Origin: Patescibacteria group bacterium
GTDB lineage: Bacteria > Patescibacteriota > Patescibacteriia > JAHIZJ01
NCBI GenBank assembly: GCA_028714495.1
Contig: JAQTMH010000003.1
Coordinates: forward strand, 136,496-200,495
Direction of reading: 5' to 3'
DNA: 64,000 nt
Made by a program: the position numbers and the translations under genes. This document shows, one piece after another, positions 18,851 to 26,713 of this stretch. The notes under the pieces are model-generated. The model did not search any database. It had not been told where the DNA came from and saw only the letters and a list, made by a program, of their open reading frames with translations. Position 1 is the stretch's first letter. Every line of letters starts with the position of its first letter.

Positions 18851-19555
18851 CTACTGCCAGCAGTAAAAGTACGTACCGCAAGTGTACCAATCTGAATCGC
18901 AGAGTATCGGAATGACCGGGTCGCCACCACTGAAATGATCAATATTCTCGTAGGCAGCAAGGTGGAGATGGGGGCCAGTCGAGTATCCGGTATTCCCGAC
19001 CTTTCCAATACGCGTCCTGAAGGTTACGCTCTGGTTGTAGGAAACGGCAACCTCTGATAAGTGTGAGAACCGAAGGGCAACGCGCCGATTGTGGTCATAT
19101 ACCACCACGGTGCCACCATAGCCATGGTTCCATTCACCCGGTGAGATCGCCTGAACTACCCTGCCGTTAATTCCGGCATAAACGTTCTTTCCAGAACAAC
19201 CAGCTTTGGTGAGATCCCGCGCCATGTAATCTGCGCCAGAGTGTGTCCAGCTCCGTGTACCACCGCAAAAGCTACCTGGAGCACCTTTCGTTCTGGGTTC
19301 CTGCCAACCAGTCCAGTGGTTCGGATTCTCCTGGCCAAGCGGCCAGGCCACTGAAAGCCATGCGCCGGCAGCCTGAGGTTGGGGAGAGAAAACGCTATCT
19401 ACCTGTACCTCGGGTTCGAAAGTCGTTTCTAATCCTTCCTCCCCACTACAGCCCGCGAGGACGATCAGGCCGAGTGTGAGAAGCGCCAGGATCGGCGGTC
19501 CAACAGACCAGAAATGCCTCATTTCCTTTGCCTCTCTTTCTTTAAGAAACACCAA
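18851..19555 (-). CDS. secreted lipoprotein, M23 family metallopeptidase (paralog C)
   Basis: Signal peptide MRHFWSVGPPILALLTLGLIVLAGCS. GKVGNTGYSTGPHLHLAAYEN is the canonical M23 motif. Confidence 0.75.
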   Translation of the reverse strand: MVFLKEREAKEMRHFWSVGPPILALLTLGLIVLAGCSGEEGLETTFEPEVQVDSVFSPQPQAAGAWLSVAWPLGQENPNHWTGWQEPRTKGAPGSFCGGTRSWTHSGADYMARDLTKAGCSGKNVYAGINGRVVQAISPGEWNHGYGGTVVVYDHNRRVALRFSHLSEVAVSYNQSVTFRTRIGKVGNTGYSTGPHLHLAAYENIDHFSGGDPVIPILCDSDWYTCGTYFYCWQ

Positions 19556-19652
19556 AGACTCCTAGATCCACCAGGAACAGAAAAACAGAAACTGTTAGAC
19601 CACCTCCTTTCATTCGGTGAAATACGCATTTGGGATCTAAGGATCACCCATG

Positions 19653-19676
19653 CCCCGAACCAAACGTGGTTCGGGG
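19653..19676. repeat. REP-like hairpin CCCCGAACC-aaacgt-GGTTCGGGG
   Basis: 9-bp stem with a 6-nt loop. Family member. Confidence 0.5.
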
Positions 19677-19724
19677 TCCTTTCATCGCTGATGTGTCAAA
19701 GAACAAAAAACGACGGAAAACTTG

Positions 19725-19748
19725 CCCAGCACCCTATGTGGTGCTGGG
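19725..19748. repeat. REP-like hairpin CCCAGCACC-ctatgt-GGTGCTGGG
   Basis: 9-bp stem with a 6-nt loop. Confidence 0.5.
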
Positions 19749-19826
19749 TTACCCAATACTCTGTGAAGTACTAGGAACGTCCCGTCGTCGTTGATTTACT
19801 GATATAAATAAAACGAGCTGTGTTTA

Positions 19827-19850
19827 CCCTGCACCCATCGTGGTGCGGGG
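19827..19850. repeat. REP-like hairpin CCCTGCACC-catcgt-GGTGCGGGG
   Basis: 8-9-bp stem with a 6-nt loop. Confidence 0.5.
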
Positions 19851-20014
19851 GAAAGCCCGTCTCTTTCTATCTACAGAATAACTCCTTGAAAATAGGTGTC
19901 AAGGGAGGGTTATCCACTGACAAAAAATTGGCGGTTAAGCGCAGGCCCCAAAATGTTGTTTTAATTTTAATAAATAAAAAAGGGGCGCGAACTTGTGTCC
20001 GTGCCCGCTTGTGG

Positions 20015-23000
20015 TTAATGGACGATGATGAGTCTCTTCTCTGCCGGGTAGTTATCCGCCCGGATTTTCACGAAATAGATGCCGCTTGGCACCACTGAGC
20101 CGTCAGAGTTTCTGCCATTCCAGATGATGGCGTGCGGACCCTGGGCCAGCGGTTCATCAAGCAAACTCTTCACTTTTCGGCCGGTGATATCAAATACGTC
20201 AACTCGAACCGGCGACTCTTTCTCCAGGGTAAATGAGACTGTGACGGGAGCGCTTGAATTCGCCGGATTGGGCGAAAGCATAAGTCCCGTGCCGACAATC
20301 GAAGCAGCCAGAGACTGCCTTCCCAGCCACGCGTTTTTCGCCCAGACCGAGTTTGGCGACTTACCGGCAAAGATATAGAGAGTGTCAGCCTCATTGGGCG
20401 TTGTCACGGTGAAAAGCTCGCCAATCTGATGGTCAATCAGCCGGCCAAGATTGAAGTCCTTCCACAGATGGAACTTCCCTGTCCGCCTGTTGCCGACAGC
20501 CACGGTTACCCGACAGGGCGTATCAGCTGAGAGGACGATGTTCAGTTTATACGCTTCACTCCGAGTTAGGGTAAAGCCGCCTTGTTTCAGCTCATAGTCG
20601 TACCAATTCGTTCCGCCGTTGACTAAGAGCCAGCCGTTATTGTTCTCCATCCGGAAATCCGCCCAGCGAAGTTGTGGATACCTCGCCAGCCAGCAAGCTC
20701 CGGGTGTCGAGAAATCGCCGTTTCCGAGGAAGCTTCCTTCATCGCGTTCGCAAGCGATCGGCACGGGCAGTGTCTGTTTCCACCGGACGCTCACATCCTT
20801 GAGCCAGACCGAACGGTCAACCCAGCCCAGGTAGAAAGTAAGCCGGCCATTGGGATCAGTGACATTGGACCTGAACGGCAGAGTAAGGCGTCGTTCAGTC
20901 GAAGTGAGTGGTACTTCTTCCCAGAGCACGTGGTTGCCGCGCGAATCCTCGAGCGAAACCACTACAGTTCCCGGATCGTTGGTTACTCCCGTGAAAACCA
21001 CCTCGAGATCGCTGTTGGCGGTCAGGTAGACCCAGTCCTGTGAGAGTTTGACCTCGTACCATTCATGCGGTCCATTGATGTGGCCTTCAAACAGGCCGTT
21101 GAAGTTGGTGACAACATAGGGCAGGTTGGGATGTTCCACAGTCCAGCAACTCTGGCCGTCGAACTGACCGTTGCCGATGAAACTGCCTGAATCGTCGCCT
21201 GAGCAAACTGGTTGCGGAGGCGGGGTTTCGGCATAACGTACAACAACATCCTTGAGCCAGACCGAACGGTCAACCCAGCCCAGGTAGAAAGTAAGCCGGC
21301 CATTGGGATCAGTGACATTGGACCTGAACGGCAGAGTAAGGCGTCGTTCAGTCGAAGTGAGTGGTACTTCTTCCCAGAGCACGTGGTTGCCGCGCGAATC
21401 CTCGAGCGAAACCACTACAGTTCCCGGATCGTTGGTTACTCCCGTGAAAACCACCTCGAGATCGCTGTTGGCGGTCAGGTAGACCCAGTCCTGTGAGAGT
21501 TTGACCTCGTACCATTCATGCGGTCCATTGATGTGGCCTTCAAACAGGCCGTTGAAGTTGGTGACAACATAGGGCAGGTTGGGATGTTCCACAGTCCAGC
21601 AACTCTGGCCGTCGAACTGACCGTTGCCGATGAAACTGTTGGGGTCGTCTGAGGAACACTCTTCGGGACCACCATAGCCGCCGCCCTCACCTTCTTCACC
21701 ACAGGGGGGAAGTTCCTGTATCTCGTCGACTCGGTTGTTGCGCCAGATAAAACGGTATGTCACATCACGTCCGCGGTGATAGAAATCGATCGCCCCCAGC
21801 CCATCAATTACATACTCGTCTCGTGTCGGGCAACCAAATTCAGCAGGTCCACCGTGACTTAGGTAGTAATCAAGGAAGCCGGTCCTGACGCAGTAGGCCT
21901 CATTGGTAGCGCAGGCATTGCCGTCGCCATTGTTCGGATCGTACATGACCATAACCAGCCCAAAAGCGGCGTGGTCGAAAAACTGGACATCGTAGCCATT
22001 CCACTGGTGAACGTGCGCCGGATGCCAGTCGTATTGGATGGCATGGCCAAGCCACTGTGAACCGCCGTTGCGGTTGAAGCAATCGACAAAGCGGTAACTG
22101 ATGTTATTGTCGTTGCGCCATCCGTCGGCAAACCAACCTGGAGCGCAAGACCCAGGAGGATACGGCCTAAGGTATGGATTGTATCCATCCCAGAGACGTT
22201 CTCCTCGCACGTACTCCTGCACAGATGAGACGTTAGCGATGCCGTAGGTATTCTGGTAGTAACCCCGTCGTTCCGGAGGCACATAACGCTCATCATTGAT
22301 TGGCATGCCTTCGGGCGAAGTTGGACCGCCACGTTGGGCCCAGCCCTTCTGATTGTAGTCAGATCGGCTGTTTTCCCAGAAGTCATTCCGGACAGTGTAC
22401 GCGTGAGTTGCTCCGCCGTAGACATCCAGCAAGATACCGCAGTTGCCAAATTCTCCTCCGCCGAAGTTCTTGCACAGACAGTTGGTCGGCACATGATTGT
22501 CGCCGTAGACCGGCCGCTCGCCTTCGGGGTGATAGAAATGGATGTCCCACTGGAGACGGCCGTACTTGCGGTCGCCGCCGTTTGAGTTGTACTCATCATT
22601 GAAGAGCGAGGCATAGTCGCCTGGTCGATAGGCCGGGTTGCGAAGCCAGCCTTGGACCGCATAGCTACCCCGTGAACTCATAGTCAGCTTGCCGTCCTGG
22701 CCGCGCTGAAGCGTATGCGTAAACCTTCCTGTCACGCTCCAGTTTTGCTCGACATTGCCGACTTCGTAGAGTCCGCTATCATCAATCTTGTTCACCCAGT
22801 CCACTAGCGCCACATGACCGTGTCCACCGCCAGAGTAGCAAAGGATGTCGCCGTGCTTGGGCAATTCCTGGGTTCCACTATTCTCATAGGCCACCAAGCC
22901 TTTGGTTCTGGCCGAACCGTAGTATTCATCGCCATCGCCGCTCCAATCCGAATGCTTGTGCACCCGATTTACCAGTTCAACACAGTGGTATTGACTTCCG

Positions 23001-23176
23001 TAATCTGTCATATTTCCGCACCCCAGACATCCATGTGTACACCCGTGATAGTACCCATTGTAACACACGTTTTCGTTGTCGAATGTCGTCAATACGTCAC
23101 CGCACTCAAGAGCCGAGGATTGCGCTTGGCAAAAAATGCCAAGGCACAACATAGCGAACAGAATCCTGAATGACAT
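20015..23176 (-). CDS. giant secreted cell-wall hydrolase: N-terminal CHAP domain, three CBM4/9-like modules (two identical), C-terminal beta-sandwich sorting-type domain
   Basis: Signal peptide. CHAP Cys (YHCVELVNRV) and His (GGGHGHVALVDWV). 151-aa module CSGDDSGSFIGNGQFDGQSCWTVEH...WLKDV repeated exactly. C-terminal ...VTVSFTLEKESPVRVDVFDITGRKVKSLLDEPLAQGPHAIIWNGRNSDGSVVPSGIYFVKIRA resembles Por_Secre_tail/FlgD-Ig-like domains. Confidence 0.62.
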   Translation of the reverse strand: MSFRILFAMLCLGIFCQAQSSALECGDVLTTFDNENVCYNGYYHGCTHGCLGCGNMTDYGSQYHCVELVNRVHKHSDWSGDGDEYYGSARTKGLVAYENSGTQELPKHGDILCYSGGGHGHVALVDWVNKIDDSGLYEVGNVEQNWSVTGRFTHTLQRGQDGKLTMSSRGSYAVQGWLRNPAYRPGDYASLFNDEYNSNGGDRKYGRLQWDIHFYHPEGERPVYGDNHVPTNCLCKNFGGGEFGNCGILLDVYGGATHAYTVRNDFWENSRSDYNQKGWAQRGGPTSPEGMPINDERYVPPERRGYYQNTYGIANVSSVQEYVRGERLWDGYNPYLRPYPPGSCAPGWFADGWRNDNNISYRFVDCFNRNGGSQWLGHAIQYDWHPAHVHQWNGYDVQFFDHAAFGLVMVMYDPNNGDGNACATNEAYCVRTGFLDYYLSHGGPAEFGCPTRDEYVIDGLGAIDFYHRGRDVTYRFIWRNNRVDEIQELPPCGEEGEGGGYGGPEECSSDDPNSFIGNGQFDGQSCWTVEHPNLPYVVTNFNGLFEGHINGPHEWYEVKLSQDWVYLTANSDLEVVFTGVTNDPGTVVVSLEDSRGNHVLWEEVPLTSTERRLTLPFRSNVTDPNGRLTFYLGWVDRSVWLKDVVVRYAETPPPQPVCSGDDSGSFIGNGQFDGQSCWTVEHPNLPYVVTNFNGLFEGHINGPHEWYEVKLSQDWVYLTANSDLEVVFTGVTNDPGTVVVSLEDSRGNHVLWEEVPLTSTERRLTLPFRSNVTDPNGRLTFYLGWVDRSVWLKDVSVRWKQTLPVPIACERDEGSFLGNGDFSTPGACWLARYPQLRWADFRMENNNGWLLVNGGTNWYDYELKQGGFTLTRSEAYKLNIVLSADTPCRVTVAVGNRRTGKFHLWKDFNLGRLIDHQIGELFTVTTPNEADTLYIFAGKSPNSVWAKNAWLGRQSLAASIVGTGLMLSPNPANSSAPVTVSFTLEKESPVRVDVFDITGRKVKSLLDEPLAQGPHAIIWNGRNSDGSVVPSGIYFVKIRADNYPAEKRLIIVH

Positions 23177-23297
23177 GTTACACCTCCGTTTGTCCTTTTT
23201 CGGTTACCGGTCTTGATCTAGCCTCTATGTGTAAGTAGGTCTCGTTTACCTACATTTTTCAATGAACGTTCTGATCTATCTATATGATCATTACTGA

Positions 23298-23933
23298 TCA
23301 ATCAGAAAATTGAATGGTTTCTAGTATTTTGTCAAAGTATCTTGTTACTATATCAGAATCATATGGAATACCACTAACACCAAATATTATGTCGTCCTTC
23401 GGTATACAGACATAAGTGGTATTGTCGTTTTGATGTTCGGGGTAGTTGAATTTTATATATGCACTCTTTATTCCATCAATGGTAATTATCTTCTCTAGTA
23501 AGTAGTTTTTTGGTGAATCCCAATTACGCCCATATTTCGCTTTTTCTTTACACCAGGTTAAGATATCACCACCTTGGTTCTCATCAACAGAACCAATCAG
23601 AATTTCTGGTTGTATAGAAGAGCCTGTTATTTCTTCTGTTAAATACACTCCTAGTCTGTCTTCTGTCATTATTAATTCCGAAGGGTATTTGAATTGAAAG
23701 GCTGGTTTGAATTCTTTAAAAATATATAGTGTTGATTTAGAAGAATCATATGTCGGCCATTTTGAAGTGTCTATGTTTGTGTTAATAACTGAGTTTGTAT
23801 TTGTATTAGATTTATTGTTTCTATTAACTTTTTGACTGCTTATCCACCACACCACTCCTCCAGCCAGCAAAATGACAACAACAATAAAGATAATGGCAAC
23901 TGTTGAAATTCCTTTTTGATTAAGTGTTTTCAT
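23298..23933 (-). CDS. membrane-anchored hypothetical protein
   Basis: N-terminal TM, N/T-rich linker. 211 aa. Confidence 0.4.
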   Translation of the reverse strand: MKTLNQKGISTVAIIFIVVVILLAGGVVWWISSQKVNRNNKSNTNTNSVINTNIDTSKWPTYDSSKSTLYIFKEFKPAFQFKYPSELIMTEDRLGVYLTEEITGSSIQPEILIGSVDENQGGDILTWCKEKAKYGRNWDSPKNYLLEKIITIDGIKSAYIKFNYPEHQNDNTTYVCIPKDDIIFGVSGIPYDSDIVTRYFDKILETIQFSD

Positions 23934-24165
23934 TGGTTATTCTCCCTGCTTAATAAATAAACGACGGCAACTCCCTTGGGTCCCGTCTTACCCTTTTTGG
24001 CTAAGGTTATTGGATTGTCTGGATTTTTTCGATGCATATAAAATGATATCTCGTTTTATCAGGGCTGTCAAATAATTATAGAGTTTAAACTAACCGCTGG
24101 CAATCGTACAAATGACAGTCCATCAATATTTTTTATGCCGATTTTTGTGCTGTGGATAATCTATA

Positions 24166-24194
24166 TTGACTGCCAACTGCCATCTTGTTATAAC
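24166..24194 (+). promoter_or_regulatory. near-consensus sigma70-type promoter
   Basis: TTGACT-N17-TATAAC, about 25 nt upstream of the tRNA-like gene. Confidence 0.5.
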
Positions 24195-24219
24195 AGGGCT
24201 ATTATCTTTTGGTTCTTTC

Positions 24220-24295
24220 GCAACCGTAGCTCAGCCAGGGAGAGCACCCAACAACAACAAAAGGGATGTCCCGGGTTCAAACCCCGGCGGTTGCA
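24220..24295 (+). tRNA. tRNA-like gene with intact acceptor/D/T arms but aberrant anticodon arm (possible pseudo- or non-canonical tRNA)
   Basis: GCAACCG-TA-GCTC-AGCCAGGGA-GAGC-A ... CCGGG-TTCAAAC-CCCGG-CGGTTGC-A pair perfectly. The anticodon arm is CCCAA-CAACAACAA-AAGGG: only 3 G-C pairs, A/A mismatches and a 9-nt CAA-repeat loop. No encoded CCA. Confidence 0.4.
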
Positions 24296-24340
24296 AATGC
24301 GGTCAAACGCGCTTACGGATGGATTTCCGCCAAAGGCGGA

Positions 24341-24364
24341 CCCTGAACTCTATGTAGTTCAGGG
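24341..24364. repeat. REP-like hairpin CCCTGAACT-ctatgt-AGTTCAGGG
   Basis: Same architecture and loop (ctatgt) as the hairpin at 19725. Confidence 0.5.
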
Positions 24365-24395
24365 CAAATCCCGCCGGCGTCAAGAGATCCTTCTA

Positions 24396-24430
24396 GACTC
24401 TTCGTTCAACGAAACGTAGAGTCTTTTTTT
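24396..24430 (+). terminator. rho-independent terminator
   Basis: GACTCTTCGTT..AACGAAACGTAGAGTC hairpin followed by TTTTTTT. Confidence 0.6.
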
Positions 24431-24485
24431 ACTTTCGAGGTAGGCCCATTTTTTAAAAAACAAGGGTGAAAATTATATATATCAC

Positions 24486-24499
24486 CTTATCGCGATAAG
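24486..24499. promoter_or_regulatory. 14-bp palindrome CTTATCGCGATAAG (copy 1, inside 20-bp direct repeat)
   Basis: Overlaps the arsR stop codon. Part of the 20-bp repeat tatcaccttatcgcgataag. Confidence 0.5.
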
Positions 24500-24780
24500 T
24501 TTTTCCTGTTTATTATTGACTCTGTGTCTATTCCGTCCGCGATACTGAAATTCACCTCAGCGCCAACGCGTTTGCCAACTATCAGACCAGAACGGAACAA
24601 TAATTGCATATGACGTGATACGGCAGACTGACAGATTCCTAGTTCTTTGACTATTTCCATGCCGGTGCGTTTACTTAATGACAATAACTCAAGTATTTTA
24701 AGACGCCGTTCGTTTCCCAACGCTCGGTAAATCAAGGCGGTTTTTCGTAAATAAGGATGGGTATACATAAAAACGGGCAT
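24487..24780 (-). CDS. ArsR/SmtB-family HTH transcriptional regulator
   Basis: 97 aa. LGNERRLKILELL...MEIVKELGICQSAVSRHMQLLFRSGLI is a winged-helix ArsR-like HTH. Confidence 0.65.
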   Translation of the reverse strand: MPVFMYTHPYLRKTALIYRALGNERRLKILELLSLSKRTGMEIVKELGICQSAVSRHMQLLFRSGLIVGKRVGAEVNFSIADGIDTESIINRKNLSR

Positions 24781-24848
24781 AATATCCCGTCAAATTGATC
24801 ATATTACTTTTACAATCAATGGTCAAGTTATGTCTTGTTGTCTATCAC

Positions 24849-24862
24849 CTTATCGCGATAAG
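24849..24862. promoter_or_regulatory. 14-bp palindrome CTTATCGCGATAAG (copy 2, putative operator)
   Basis: About 70 nt upstream of the arsR start. Identical 20-bp context to copy 1. Confidence 0.5.
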
Positions 24863-24880
24863 CTAAATACTACGTTCCGC

Positions 24881-26686
24881 CTATTCCACCACCGCCTTTA
24901 TCCGCCTCACGCCGGCTGAAGAAGCTTCTTCTTTGAGAATTTTGAATTTACCCACCAGCTTAGTGTTTGACACGTGCGGCCCGCCGCAGATTTCTTTTGA
25001 AAAATCGCCGATCAAATATATCGAAACCTTGTCTCCGTATTTTTCACCGAATAAGCCAATGGCTCCGATTTTTCGCGCTTCCTCGATCGGCAAGATTCTC
25101 TTTTCCACGGGTATGCCAGCCGCGATTTTTTCATTTACAATTTCTTCGATTCGGCGCAATTCGTCACTCATAACTTTCTTCGGGTAGGTGAAATCGAAAC
25201 GCAATCGTTCGTCAGTAATATTGCTCCCTTTTTGCCCAACGCCATCGCCCAGAACTTCCCTAAGCGCCTGATGGAGCAAATGCGTGGCCGTGTGCATCTT
25301 TATCACCCGCTCGCTGTGATCAGCTAGGCCACCGGCGAATTTCTTTTCCGCGCCTTGCCGGGAAAGCTCCCGGTGGGCTATTTCCGCTTCGCGCCATTCC
25401 TCGTCGTTCAGAGTCACGCTGTGGCGCTGAAGCTCCTCTTCAATCAACTCCTTGGGGAATCCGTAAGTCTGATACAAGTCAAAAGCGACCTTGCCCGGAA
25501 AAGCCCCGCGCTCTTTCAGGCTAAGTTCCTTCTGCATTATTCTCAAGCCCTGATTCAGCGTCTGGGCGAATTTTTCTTTCTCATTTTTCAGGTTTTCGAA
25601 AATGAAATCCCTTTTTTCAACCAAATGGGGGTAGGTCTGGCCGTAAATCTGGATTACCTTTTCGGCCAAGGGCGCAAAAATATCATCGGTAATGCCCAAT
25701 TGCAGACTGTAGCGGTAAGCCCGGCGGATCAGCCGGCGTACGATATAGCCGCGTTCCACGTTTGATGGCTGAATCCCATCGGCAATAATGAAAACCGCGG
25801 CTTTAACGTGATCAGCCACGACGCGTTCGGCCATTGTGTCTTTAATTTGCGACAGGTTATTAATTATAGTAATAAGCGGCTCGAAAAGCTCGGTCTGATA
25901 TACCGAGTCCAAACCGTTAATCACCTGAAGCGTCCGCTCAATGCCCATTCCCGTATCAACATTTCTCTGGTCAAGCGGCAAAAACTTGCCCTCGGCTGTT
26001 TTGTTGTATTCCATAAAAACATCGTTCCAGATTTCGACGAACCGGCCGCAGCCGCAGTTGGGCTCGCACTCGTCGCCACGGCCCAGCGAACACCCTTTGC
26101 CCGTATCATAAAACATTTCGGTATCGGGACCGCACGGTCCGGTTTGTCCGGCCGGCCCCCACCAATTATCCTTCTTGCCGTAGAAATATATCCGCTCTTT
26201 CGGGACGCCAACCGATTCCCAAATGCCGGCTGATTCTTCATCCCGCGCCGCGTCTTCGTCGCCACCAAAAACCGACACGCTCATCCGCTCCGGATCCAAG
26301 CCCAGCCATTTTTTGTCAGTCAAGAACTCCCAGCTCCATTCAATCGCCTCGGTTTTAAAATAATCGCCGAGCGACCAATTTCCCAGCATCTCAAAAAACG
26401 TCAGATGGTGGTCGTCGCCGACTAAATCAATATCGCTGGTCCGCAGGCAGCGCTGATAATCTACCAGACGGGTGCCGGCCGGATGGTCCTCGCCCATCAA
26501 AAACGGCACCAGCGGATGCATGCCGGCCGTGGTAAATAAAACCGTCGGATCGTTTTCCGGTACCAGTGAAGCCGAGGGAATGAAAGCGTGTTCCCGGCCA
26601 CGGAAAAATTCTATGTATTTTTGCCTTAATTCTTCAGCTGTCATAAATGTAGTATAGCGGTATTTCAAGCCTGAATCAATTCTCAA
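24881..26686 (-). CDS. alaS: alanine--tRNA ligase, short form (catalytic + editing domains, no C-Ala domain)
   Basis: LFTTAGM, FEMLGNWSLGDYFK, editing-domain HTATHLLHQALREVLG. True start is probably the internal M (MTAEELRQKYIEFF). Confidence 0.85.
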   Translation of the reverse strand: MRIDSGLKYRYTTFMTAEELRQKYIEFFRGREHAFIPSASLVPENDPTVLFTTAGMHPLVPFLMGEDHPAGTRLVDYQRCLRTSDIDLVGDDHHLTFFEMLGNWSLGDYFKTEAIEWSWEFLTDKKWLGLDPERMSVSVFGGDEDAARDEESAGIWESVGVPKERIYFYGKKDNWWGPAGQTGPCGPDTEMFYDTGKGCSLGRGDECEPNCGCGRFVEIWNDVFMEYNKTAEGKFLPLDQRNVDTGMGIERTLQVINGLDSVYQTELFEPLITIINNLSQIKDTMAERVVADHVKAAVFIIADGIQPSNVERGYIVRRLIRRAYRYSLQLGITDDIFAPLAEKVIQIYGQTYPHLVEKRDFIFENLKNEKEKFAQTLNQGLRIMQKELSLKERGAFPGKVAFDLYQTYGFPKELIEEELQRHSVTLNDEEWREAEIAHRELSRQGAEKKFAGGLADHSERVIKMHTATHLLHQALREVLGDGVGQKGSNITDERLRFDFTYPKKVMSDELRRIEEIVNEKIAAGIPVEKRILPIEEARKIGAIGLFGEKYGDKVSIYLIGDFSKEICGGPHVSNTKLVGKFKILKEEASSAGVRRIKAVVE

Positions 26687-26713
26687 TTAAACATTTAACT
26701 AAATACTTAATCA

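Larger units (their letters stand above)
19556..19920 (-). promoter_or_regulatory. expanded conserved leader of paralog C, containing three REP-like hairpins
   Basis: Shares the aagaaacaccaaagactcctagat...ccaggaacagaaaaaca...ccacctcc and gatgtgtcaaagaacaaaaaacga blocks with copies A and B, and the palindromic element with copy B. Confidence 0.45.

Noticed and set aside
20672-21496. Two plus-strand ORFs with identical C-terminal translations
   Set aside because: They are the antisense image of the exact 453-nt tandem repeat inside the giant minus-strand CHAP/CBM gene, not a separate gene pair.
21859-22662. 267-aa minus-strand ORF and several plus-strand ORFs inside 20015-23176
   Set aside because: Alternate frames of the giant CHAP gene. 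Biased Ser/Thr/Arg composition, no start context.
23000-23176. Assignment of the giant CHAP protein to a type IX secretion system
   Set aside because: Only the C-terminal beta-sandwich domain resembles Por_Secre_tail. No T9SS components are seen, and the taxon appears non-Bacteroidota. It is left as a FlgD-Ig-like sorting-type domain.
25355-26233. Plus-strand ORFs of 136 and 141 aa
   Set aside because: Antisense within alaS.
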